A stretch of DNA of 64,000 nt from contig OZ241986.1 of NCBI GenBank assembly GCA_965204375.1, positions 4,864,001 through 4,928,000 of the forward strand. The letters are read 5' to 3'. The stretch is from Candidatus Latescibacterota bacterium. GTDB taxonomy: Bacteria; Latescibacterota; UBA2968. Under the pieces are notes generated by a model. It was given only the letters and a program-made list of their open reading frames with translations, was not told the DNA's origin and made no database searches. Positions 20,144 through 28,907 of the stretch are shown piece by piece (position 1 is the stretch's first letter; the number at the start of each line of letters is the position of its first letter). Made by a program: the position numbers and the translations under genes.

Positions 20144-20238
20144 AAATTGCCTACGGTACCTACGCCATGCCAGACATATCTCTGGAGCAGGCAATTCCGC
20201 CGGAGATTGTGCCATGGCACAGCCATCTGGAGCGTTGA
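20140..20238 (+). pseudogene. N-terminal stub of a sugar-phosphate isomerase/epimerase-like gene
   Basis: ATG overlaps the Gfo stop (ATGA) and reads MKIAYGTYAMPDISLEQAIP, then ends out of frame inside the start of the next gene. Confidence 0.5.
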
Positions 20239-22214
20239 GCCGTGAAGTTCAAGCGGCAGAAGCGGTGGCCGAGGCCGAGCGGGTGCGGTGGGGGATGGTG
20301 CTGATTGCAATCGCCACCCTGGCCCTGGGCTGCATCGCGTCTATGTACCTGGAGATGAGAACCCGGTCTGTGCGAATGGCCGTATCCAACCTGCCGATGA
20401 CCGCGCTGCTGCCATTTGTGTTCTGGCTCCTGATCAATACACTATTGAAGCGGTTCATGCCGCGGTTATCGCTGACTTCTGCGGAACTCCGGCTGTTGCT
20501 TTGCGTACTCTGGATCGGCGGACTATTCGTCGGATACAATTGGGCGAGCCAATGGGTGGGACAAATGGCCGGACCGAGGTATTTGGCGTCGCCCGAGAAC
20601 CGCTGGGAGGAACTGATCTTCGATCACCTGCCCTGGTGGATGTACCCGATCAACGCCCCCAGAGTACTGGAGGGATTTTACCAGGGTCTGGGACCTGGCG
20701 GAAGCGTCCCCTGGGGGGCGTGGTCAACACCGCTTTTCTGGTCGGTCTCCACGGCACTGGCGATTACCGCGATTGGCCTGGGGCTGACAGCACTGTTTCA
20801 AAAACACTGGGTGCAGCACGAACGCCTGGCCTTTCCGCTGGCTGATATCTCCCTGTCTCTGACCGAGGGATTTGATCGGCGCCGAGGTTGGCCGCCATTT
20901 GTGCGAACCCGGGCGTTCTGGGTGGGATTTGCGGTCTCGGCTTTTCCAGTGCTCTGGAATATCGCGACATACTGGGTACCGGGTTTTCCCCGGATTTCCA
21001 TTTACGACCATCACGCGAGACGAAAAATTCATCTGTCCCGCTATCTCTCGATTCACGCGCTGACCTACCGCATTCTGCCCACGCTGACCGCATTTACGTT
21101 TCTGTGCAATCTGGATATCCTTTTTGGAATCTGGGCACCGTACGTCGTGGGATGCACCATTCAGTACTGGATGAACCGAACCGGAGTCGCTGTGGGACTG
21201 AGTGGACAACAGGTGGATTACTGGGGGGCGGCACCCATCTTTGCAAACGGCGCGATCGCGGGACTGGTGGTCTGGGCGATCTGGACCGCGCGAGGTCATC
21301 TGAAACGCATATTCCGGCAAATCGCAGCGCCCATCCCGGGCGAGGCGCCAGAGACGGCGGTACTTCCTCCCAGGATGGCGGTAGTAGTCCTGGCCGGTGG
21401 TCTGATCTACATGGCTTCCTGGCTGTACAATGTGGGCTGCGATCCTCTGGTGATCGCATTCTTTCTGCTCAGCTTCTGCATGGTGCTGCTCGCGACCATG
21501 AAACTTCTGGCGGTCAGCGGATACGCCTTTGTGCATCCCTTTTGGAGCGGCCTGTCCAAAACCAACACCATGACGCTTTTGGGCACAACCGGAATGTCGG
21601 ACTCGAGCCTGGTTGGGCTGCAAGTGGTCCACCCCCGCAGCCTGGCTGGCTGGCGCGTGCCGCCAGCGCTGCCCCAGATAGCCAGGATTTGGGGCAAAAC
21701 AAAGGGGAGCGTGCGGCTGATCTGTATCGGCCTGCTGGTAGGGCTGTTGACCTCGGCGCTTTCCACCATCTGGCTCTGTTACGCAGACGGGGGCGCCAAT
21801 CTGGATTACTGGAACACAGAGGGCGCGGCTCGGAACGTCTATAACCGCGCCGCAGGTCTGTTAACCGAAACAGAGCGAACAGTATTCGATCCTTATAAGG
21901 TGGGAATCTGGTTGACAGGGGGGCTACTGGTCGTACTATTCGGAGTGCTGCAGACCCGGGTGTTGTGGTGGCCGGCACACCCGCTGGGACTGATGCTTTT
22001 CGGAATGCCTTATTTGCAGTTTTACATGCTGAACGTATTTCTCGTGTGGGTTGCCAAGCTGGCGGTGCTGAGGTTGGGCGGGATCGAGCTTTATCGGCGT
22101 GTATTGCCCTGCTGCTACGGACTAATCGTGGGATACGTGTTCGCGGTGGGGTGCAGTTGCCTCGTAGATGTCATCTGGTTCCCGGAACGCGGGCACCATG
22201 TTTATTCGTGGTAG
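20214..22214 (+). CDS. DUF6785/DUF6784-type multi-pass inner-membrane protein (putative transporter), copy 2
   Basis: Clear paralogue of 13012-14994 (MAQPS start, ENRWEELIFDHLPWWM, HERLAFPL, GFDRRRGWPPF, WWPAHPLG, IWFPE...SW end). GGAG RBS before the ATG at 20214. Confidence 0.75.
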   Translation: MAQPSGALSREVQAAEAVAEAERVRWGMVLIAIATLALGCIASMYLEMRTRSVRMAVSNLPMTALLPFVFWLLINTLLKRFMPRLSLTSAELRLLLCVLWIGGLFVGYNWASQWVGQMAGPRYLASPENRWEELIFDHLPWWMYPINAPRVLEGFYQGLGPGGSVPWGAWSTPLFWSVSTALAITAIGLGLTALFQKHWVQHERLAFPLADISLSLTEGFDRRRGWPPFVRTRAFWVGFAVSAFPVLWNIATYWVPGFPRISIYDHHARRKIHLSRYLSIHALTYRILPTLTAFTFLCNLDILFGIWAPYVVGCTIQYWMNRTGVAVGLSGQQVDYWGAAPIFANGAIAGLVVWAIWTARGHLKRIFRQIAAPIPGEAPETAVLPPRMAVVVLAGGLIYMASWLYNVGCDPLVIAFFLLSFCMVLLATMKLLAVSGYAFVHPFWSGLSKTNTMTLLGTTGMSDSSLVGLQVVHPRSLAGWRVPPALPQIARIWGKTKGSVRLICIGLLVGLLTSALSTIWLCYADGGANLDYWNTEGAARNVYNRAAGLLTETERTVFDPYKVGIWLTGGLLVVLFGVLQTRVLWWPAHPLGLMLFGMPYLQFYMLNVFLVWVAKLAVLRLGGIELYRRVLPCCYGLIVGYVFAVGCSCLVDVIWFPERGHHVYSW

Positions 22215-22234
22215 GCAAAAGGAACAAAAGGAAC

Positions 22235-23815
22235 ATGATCCAACAACCAGAGCCAAATATTGAAAACTGTGTAAAAAACATGAAGCGATCCATTCGAAAG
22301 ACCGATTATGATGTGCTCTTCAATCAAGATTACCTGTGGCGCAGTCTCGGCACAGCACCCGGCGGATCGGCTCTGACAGATATGGAAACCGTGCAGTGTC
22401 ATGTGGATCTGGTGGCAGATGCCGGCTGTGATGCACTGGCCCTGTGTCCAAATAGCCTGTATCAGGTTCCAGGATGGGATTCGGACCACGATCCCTTCTG
22501 GCGGGAGGAGTTCCATACCAGGAAATTCGAAGGCTTTGGCTGCAACAACTACAAGCGAGCGGGCGAGCTGATCCTGGACGGATTTGATGTGATTCAGATC
22601 GCGCAGAACCGGGCGCAGGAAAGAGGAATCGCCTTCCTTTTCTCGTGGCGGATGAATGAGAGCCAGTTCGTCGAAATCCCGGGCAGCGACACGACTTCGC
22701 GTTTCTGGCGGGAGCACCCGGAGTACCGGATCGGGGGTCCTTCGGCTCCATTGGCCCCCGAAGGCAAAGGGACGAATCGGACGTGTCGCAAACGCCTTGC
22801 TCTGTGTTTCTTGCACCAGGAAGTGCGCGATTATCAGTTTGGGTTTGTCGAAGAACTGTGCCGACGCTATAAAATTGATGGTCTCGAGCTGGACTTTCTG
22901 CGGTGGCCGTGGTTTTTTCCGGACGAGATGCCTTTTGAAGAGAAGGCGCCTGTTATGACGGCGTTTGTGCAGCGCATCAGGGAGATGGTGGACCAGACAG
23001 GTGGAAAACACGTTCCGATCATCGCCAGAGTTCCCAATCGGCTGGATCTGTTGCGCGACATCGGGCTGGACCTGATGAACTGGGTCGAACGCGGCCTGAT
23101 CAATTCCATCAATATTTCGGCGCTGTTTCACACGCAACCAGACGGCGAGATCGAGGCGTTTCGCAAGGCCTACCCCGAGACCACCCTCCATGCAGAAATA
23201 GGGCACTGCATTTCTTCCGATCCGAACGGGCGGAGGATCATGACTCGGGAGATGTTTCATGCAACCGCTCATAGTTTTCTGGAACGAGGGGCCGACGGCA
23301 TCAGCCTTTTTAACTTGCCCTATGCGAATCCCCGCGGGCAGAGGTGGCCAGATTATTCGCCTTTGCAGCACATCGCGGATTGCGAGTTTCTGGCGAGACA
23401 GCCGAAACACTATTTCATCGGGGACAATCAAATTGATTCGGATCTCTCGTTCTCTAAGCAGCTCGATGCAACGCTTACAGGGGATCGACCTGTGATCCTT
23501 CAGATTCACCTGGCTGATGCCAACCCGGCGCACACCTTCTCCCGTGCGATTCTGAGATTGATGGCAAAACAGGCAATCAAAACGAGGCGCATTGCAGCCT
23601 TTCTCCACTCGGTTTGTCTGGATGAAACCGCGCACGAGGGCGAACTGTTTGAAACGCCGTACGAGGGAGGCATTCCTGAGACACAAGCGGTCTATAAAGA
23701 TTTTTTGGTTCCGTTGAATTTACTGCAAAAGGGGTGGAATGCGTTTGAGTTTGGATTTGAAGACCGTGGCGAGGCGGTTACGCTCACGCGTATGGAGCTG
23801 GCGCTTTATCCCTGA
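22235..23815 (+). CDS. Glycoside hydrolase-like TIM barrel (GHL10/DUF187-like)
   Basis: FSWRMNE, FWREHPEY, EVRDY...EELCRRYKIDGLELDFLR, GADGISLFN. Start trimmed. Confidence 0.65.
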   Translation: MIQQPEPNIENCVKNMKRSIRKTDYDVLFNQDYLWRSLGTAPGGSALTDMETVQCHVDLVADAGCDALALCPNSLYQVPGWDSDHDPFWREEFHTRKFEGFGCNNYKRAGELILDGFDVIQIAQNRAQERGIAFLFSWRMNESQFVEIPGSDTTSRFWREHPEYRIGGPSAPLAPEGKGTNRTCRKRLALCFLHQEVRDYQFGFVEELCRRYKIDGLELDFLRWPWFFPDEMPFEEKAPVMTAFVQRIREMVDQTGGKHVPIIARVPNRLDLLRDIGLDLMNWVERGLINSINISALFHTQPDGEIEAFRKAYPETTLHAEIGHCISSDPNGRRIMTREMFHATAHSFLERGADGISLFNLPYANPRGQRWPDYSPLQHIADCEFLARQPKHYFIGDNQIDSDLSFSKQLDATLTGDRPVILQIHLADANPAHTFSRAILRLMAKQAIKTRRIAAFLHSVCLDETAHEGELFETPYEGGIPETQAVYKDFLVPLNLLQKGWNAFEFGFEDRGEAVTLTRMELALYP

Positions 23816-23938
23816 GATGTATAAGCAGCAAACGGGGAAGGCAATCTGAAAATATGAACGACTCCAACGGATCCAAAGATGGAAAATCGCAAGAGAATGG
23901 ACGCAATGATAAGAACCCAGATCAACAGAGGAGCACCC

Positions 23939-25390
23939 ATGAATACCCAACCCGACATAGTCTTCATCTGTTCCGACCAGTGGAACGCGCGCTATCTGGG
24001 GTGCGCGGGACACCCGCAGGTCCAGACCCCGCACCTCGATGCGCTTGCAGCCAGCGGCTGTATCTTCGACGCGGCCTATACGCCATCGCCCGTATGTATG
24101 CCGGCGCGCGCATCGCTCGCCAGCGGCCTCTACCCGCACGCGCACGGATTCTTTTGCAACTACACCGGCATACTATTCCCCCCTGAGCGAGTCACCCTCT
24201 TCCGCTGCTTGCAAGAAGCGGGCTACACCACCGCAAAGATCGGGAAATACCACTACTTCAGCCTGGAATGGGGCCAGGACTATGAAGACTACCGGGACTA
24301 CTACGACCAGCTCGGTCTGGATTGGGCAGAAGAAACCTCGACACCATTCCAGGGCCCCTTCCTGAACACGGGCTACAGCCGCCTGCTAAAAAAAGAGGGC
24401 CTCCTCGACACCTTCATCACCGACATAGGCGACCGCTACGTAGATGGACAATACACCCCCCGGCCCTCACCACTACCGCCGGACATGACGCCGGACGGCT
24501 ACGTCTGCCGACAAACGCTGGCGTACCTCGACCGCGCACCGATTGACAAACCTCTATTCCTCTTCGCCAGCCTTCCCGGACCCCATCCACCTCTGGACGC
24601 ACCCGGAAAATACGCCAAAATGTACGACCCCGCCGATGTGGTCCTCCCAGAAAACTACAACGAAAAACGCTGCAAATACGGCCGCCAGGCCACCGCCGAA
24701 ATGACCGCCCAGTACATGGGCAAAATCACCCATTTCGACGACCGCGTAGGAGAAATCGTAGCCGCCTTGAAACAACGCGGCAACTGGGAAAACACCGTCG
24801 TCGTATTTACCTCCGACCACGGAGAACGCATGGGGGAACACGGCCTCGTCTCCAAAACCGGCTTCGAGGAAGGATCCGCGCGCGTGCCCCTCATCATCGG
24901 CGGACCAGTCGTCGCCAGCGGGCACCGCAACGCCTCGCCTGTCTCCTTCCTGGACCTGTTCCCCACCTTCCTGGACCTATCGGGCGCAGAAATCCCGGAT
25001 TACTGCCAGGCTGTATCGCTCCTGCCCATCGTCAGCGGCGAAACCGACCGCGTTCACGACGCCGTCTTCTCTGAAATCTCCCGCCAGGACCAGTTCTGCT
25101 ACATGGTCCGCGACGCCCGGTGGAAATGGTCCATCCAGGCTCAAAATGAACGCCTGTACGACCTGCAAAACGATCCCCATGAAATGCAGAACCTGGCGCA
25201 ATCGCCCGCACATGCAGACACTACTCAGCGTCTCCGCAACAGACTACTGACATTTCTCACCGACACGCAACTCAACCACGCCCGCGGATACAAACCCCTG
25301 TTCACCCGCATCGGCATGCAATTCCCGACAGAGGACCCCGAAGACAGAAAACGCATCATTCGCGACCGCTTGCGGCAGGTCCACGAGTAA
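23939..25390 (+). CDS. Sulfatase (S1, choline-sulfatase-like)
   Basis: PDIVFICSDQ, CMPARASL (CxPxR), GKYH, PHPP, SDHGE, LYDLQNDPHE. GAGGAG RBS. Confidence 0.92.
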   Translation: MNTQPDIVFICSDQWNARYLGCAGHPQVQTPHLDALAASGCIFDAAYTPSPVCMPARASLASGLYPHAHGFFCNYTGILFPPERVTLFRCLQEAGYTTAKIGKYHYFSLEWGQDYEDYRDYYDQLGLDWAEETSTPFQGPFLNTGYSRLLKKEGLLDTFITDIGDRYVDGQYTPRPSPLPPDMTPDGYVCRQTLAYLDRAPIDKPLFLFASLPGPHPPLDAPGKYAKMYDPADVVLPENYNEKRCKYGRQATAEMTAQYMGKITHFDDRVGEIVAALKQRGNWENTVVVFTSDHGERMGEHGLVSKTGFEEGSARVPLIIGGPVVASGHRNASPVSFLDLFPTFLDLSGAEIPDYCQAVSLLPIVSGETDRVHDAVFSEISRQDQFCYMVRDARWKWSIQAQNERLYDLQNDPHEMQNLAQSPAHADTTQRLRNRLLTFLTDTQLNHARGYKPLFTRIGMQFPTEDPEDRKRIIRDRLRQVHE

Positions 25391-25416
25391 GCAATTCCCA
25401 ACGGAGGGTACGCGCA

Positions 25417-26568
25417 ATGCTAATCAAAGAGGTCAAAATCCATCTCCTAAAGATGGAAGGGAAGCGCCCTATAAGAACCATGTTCGTAATACCCGGACAA
25501 CTCCGGTCTCAATTCGACAGGCGGGCAACGCCGGGTAAGGAGCCTAATCAATTGTGTTTCATCCGGGTAATTACCGACACCGGGATCGAGGGCTGGTGCA
25601 CGGCATTTTATACCTGGGGACCTGCCCGGGCCTTTGCAGAGACCTGGCTGGACGCGTTCCGACACGAACTGGTGGGCGCAGACCCCCTGGACCGGGAATA
25701 CATCTTTCAAAAACTGTGGTTCGCCAACCGCTTCAACTGGCTACACCCGTGGAATATGAGCTATGCAGACGTGGCGCTGTGGGATATTGCCGGCAAATAT
25801 GCCAGGCTACCCGTAGGCAAACTCTTGGGGACGTTTCGCGACCGAATACCGACGTATGTGAGTTCGGGAAATTATCCAGACCCGGAGCGGTTTGTAGAGT
25901 TCGGATTGGAAGTAAAAGAAGAGGGATACAAGGGTTACAAACTACACAGCCGGTTGGGACCTGAAGCGGATATCCAGGTCGCGCGAAACGTGCGAGAAGC
26001 ACTGGGTGATAAGTTCACCTTGATGCACGATCCCGTTCAGATATACACCTATCCGGAAGCAGTACAAGTAGGGCGGGCACTGGAGGAATTGAACTACAAG
26101 TGGCTGGAAGAGCCGCTCCAGGAGTGGGACATCACAGCACTCAAAAAACTGTGCGATACCCTGGATATTCCCATCGCGGCGTCGGAATGGGTATTCGGAG
26201 GATCTCACCATGTGGCGACGCTACTGGCTCAAGGCGCAGCAGATATTGTGCGGGGAGACGCGATCGTATCGGGCGGGATTACGGGATTGATGAAAGTAGC
26301 GCATGTGGCCGAAGCATTCGGAGTGGCGTGCGAAGTACACGAGCGCGGACCAATGTTCTGCTTTGCCCATGCACAGGCGCTGGCCGCGATGAGCAATTGC
26401 GAGTTTTTTGAATTAAATGGCGTAAATCCCAAGACACCGACCGAGGATCCGCTCGTAAAGAATCCCATCCAGATAGAAGATGGGTACCTGATCGTGCCGC
26501 AGGAACCGGGATTGGGCGTGGAACTGGACTGGGAGGAAATGGAGCGCCGGACAATAGAAGTACTCTGA
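25417..26568 (+). CDS. Mandelate racemase/muconate lactonising enzyme (enolase superfamily)
   Basis: DVALWDIAGK, YKGYKLH, WLEEP, GGITG, PGLGVELD. Confidence 0.9.
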   Translation: MLIKEVKIHLLKMEGKRPIRTMFVIPGQLRSQFDRRATPGKEPNQLCFIRVITDTGIEGWCTAFYTWGPARAFAETWLDAFRHELVGADPLDREYIFQKLWFANRFNWLHPWNMSYADVALWDIAGKYARLPVGKLLGTFRDRIPTYVSSGNYPDPERFVEFGLEVKEEGYKGYKLHSRLGPEADIQVARNVREALGDKFTLMHDPVQIYTYPEAVQVGRALEELNYKWLEEPLQEWDITALKKLCDTLDIPIAASEWVFGGSHHVATLLAQGAADIVRGDAIVSGGITGLMKVAHVAEAFGVACEVHERGPMFCFAHAQALAAMSNCEFFELNGVNPKTPTEDPLVKNPIQIEDGYLIVPQEPGLGVELDWEEMERRTIEVL

Positions 26569-26588
26569 GTCCGTCCAGGGAGGTGTTT

Positions 26589-28865
26589 ATGGATATCTGG
26601 CGCTTCTGGTTTCGCGTGCTCGTTATTTTGATCCTAACGTCCGGCCTGGCGCAGGCCGACGAGACGTGGGATCCTCAAGCCATGCGGCTGGTGGATGAAG
26701 GCCATGCACTGATTGTACAGAAACAGTTCCGCGAGGCCGAGGATGCGTTTGAGCGTGCCCTGAAACGCGATCAAAAGCTAATCCCGGCGATGAAGGGTCT
26801 GGGAAAGGTGGGAGTTTTCCAGGAGGATTGGGGCAAAGCGAAGAAGTGGTACAGAAAAGTCCTGAAAGCAATTCCAGAAGATCCGGAGGCACTTTACAAC
26901 CTGGCTCTTAGCTACCGCGAAACGGGAAAGTTCAAGGCCACGCTGTTTCGGAAGCGGGAATGGGACAGGGCAGAGGGATACTTTAAGCGACTCATTGCAG
27001 CAGATTCGCTCTACCTGGACGGATTCTACCAGTATGCAACGTTAGAGCGGTACCGGGAAAAATACCGGGAGGCGATTTATCTCGGGCACCGACAGGTGGC
27101 GGCAAAGCCGCATCTGACGGCCATCCAGCGGGGGCTGTTCCGGCTTTACCGCTACCTGCTGGACCACGGAGATCCGGTGGAAGCAAAAGGCTGGCTGGAG
27201 ACTCAAGGGACCGAGCACGCGGACTATTTTGTGGGAGAAGCTGAACGACTAACTGGGAATCTGGAAGCGGCTACCGGGACGCTGAAGGCCTGGTTGGCAT
27301 CGGATTCGGCCATCAGCCCGGCACCGGCGAGATTATCTCTCGCCCGAGTGTACTACGCCCTGGGAGCGCCGCAAACGGCCGAGGAATTTTTCTTTGAAGC
27401 GGTCGATCATATCCACAACCGTCTGGATGCCGAGTTGATTTTCGAGGATGTGAAGTATGTTGTGACAGATAGGGAACTGCAACAGTTTTTGTCCCTGATC
27501 ACACCCGAGGACTATGCCGACTTTTTTCGACGCTTTTGGCTTCGCAGAGACCCCACACCGGCCCTGTCGCATAACGCCCGGTTGACCGAACATTACAGGC
27601 GTTTGATGGTGGCCGAGACGTACTACCGGTATGACGGACTGCGCGCATGGTTCAACAATCCCGATAAACTGAGCGTATTCAATTTCCCGCCTGCTTTTGC
27701 GCTCAACGATCGGCTGAACGACAAAGGGCTGATCTATATTCGCCACGGGGATCCGGCCGACCATGCCCGGACCATCGACCAGGATCTGATCCAAAATGAG
27801 TCCTGGTTCTACGACCCGACGCCCGCTCTGCCCCAGATGATTTTCCATTTTAATATCGACCGGCACGGGACGCGGAACAACTGGCGGTTGGCACCTTATC
27901 CGCCCACACTGGAAGACCGGAACATGTGGGGGCCGCCCTATCTGTATCCGGAGCGGTTCAAAGACCCGCTCTACCAGATGCAGATTCAAAATGAGATCAC
28001 CCTGCAGAGTCGGCAGGCAGTGGATGTGGCGTTGCGTACAGACCGCCATACGTGGCTGGATGTTGACCCGCTCCCTTTTCATATGTATATCGGATTTTTC
28101 AAAGGGAAAGAGAAGACGGATGCAGTGTGTTTTTACGGGATCCCGCTGTCGGATAAAAATCTGGAGAACCTGGCCGATACATCTGCGGTTTACGAATATG
28201 GCATGACGCTGCACGATCGAAACTGGAACCGGGTTGTCCAGCAGCGGGAAGACGTGATCCGGCGGGATATGCGCTGGTTTGGGGGGATGGGACTCGGCAC
28301 AATTCGATTTCGGGTGGAGCCAGATACCTATAACAATGCCTTTTTTATTCAACAGACCCGGGAAGGACGCTTTGGGGGGTGGAAGGGAACGCTGCAGGTA
28401 CCGGCATTTTCGCAGGTGCGGCTGGATGTGAGCAGCATTGTACCGGCCTATGAAATTGCGGCTGTGGATTCCGGCCGATTTGCCTTCCGCGACCACCGCC
28501 TGATACCCAATCCGACGCGGCGGTTCGACCCGGCACGGCCAATGTATGTGTATTTCGAGGTTTATAATCTGACACCTGATGAGTTCGGGACGACGTCTTT
28601 TGTGATCGAATATACGGTGGCAAAAATCCAAAAAGAAACGAATACGGTACTCGAGGATTTGCTCAGGATCTTCGGCAGCAAGGACAAACCCACAACCTCC
28701 GTAGAAGTAGAATATCTGGGAGATACGCCCGATTCTGCGGAGTATCTGGCGCTGGATCTGAGCAATGCCGGGAAGGGGGATTTCCGGCTGAATATGCGGG
28801 TGAAAGACCTGCACTCGGGAGAAGAGAAACAGGCGTTTTTGGATCTGGAGTTAAAGCCTGATTGA
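26589..28865 (+). CDS. TPR-repeat plus GWxTD-like domain secreted protein
   Basis: Signal peptide and N-terminal TPRs. FWLRRDPTPALSHNARLTEHYRRL...NDKGLIYIRHGDP...ESWFY. C-terminal VSSIV...IPNP...VYFEVYNL Ig-like module. Confidence 0.75.
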   Translation: MDIWRFWFRVLVILILTSGLAQADETWDPQAMRLVDEGHALIVQKQFREAEDAFERALKRDQKLIPAMKGLGKVGVFQEDWGKAKKWYRKVLKAIPEDPEALYNLALSYRETGKFKATLFRKREWDRAEGYFKRLIAADSLYLDGFYQYATLERYREKYREAIYLGHRQVAAKPHLTAIQRGLFRLYRYLLDHGDPVEAKGWLETQGTEHADYFVGEAERLTGNLEAATGTLKAWLASDSAISPAPARLSLARVYYALGAPQTAEEFFFEAVDHIHNRLDAELIFEDVKYVVTDRELQQFLSLITPEDYADFFRRFWLRRDPTPALSHNARLTEHYRRLMVAETYYRYDGLRAWFNNPDKLSVFNFPPAFALNDRLNDKGLIYIRHGDPADHARTIDQDLIQNESWFYDPTPALPQMIFHFNIDRHGTRNNWRLAPYPPTLEDRNMWGPPYLYPERFKDPLYQMQIQNEITLQSRQAVDVALRTDRHTWLDVDPLPFHMYIGFFKGKEKTDAVCFYGIPLSDKNLENLADTSAVYEYGMTLHDRNWNRVVQQREDVIRRDMRWFGGMGLGTIRFRVEPDTYNNAFFIQQTREGRFGGWKGTLQVPAFSQVRLDVSSIVPAYEIAAVDSGRFAFRDHRLIPNPTRRFDPARPMYVYFEVYNLTPDEFGTTSFVIEYTVAKIQKETNTVLEDLLRIFGSKDKPTTSVEVEYLGDTPDSAEYLALDLSNAGKGDFRLNMRVKDLHSGEEKQAFLDLELKPD

Positions 28866-28907
28866 GGCTGTTTTCCAAAAGAAAATAGCAGATAAGGAGC
28901 GCGTTGT

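Noticed and set aside
21965-22234. N-terminal extensions in the ORF track (also 20127, 23879, 38653, 47742, 48436, 58789, 63496)
   Set aside because: They overlap upstream genes or intergenic DNA. Downstream ATGs with RBS and family-typical N-termini fit better.
22202-23686. 494-aa minus-strand ORF
   Set aside because: Fully antisense to the GH-like gene, with no motifs or RBS. Typical shadow ORF in GC-rich DNA.
27333-28814. 493-aa minus-strand ORF
   Set aside because: Antisense to the TPR-GWxTD gene, with no recognisable domain.
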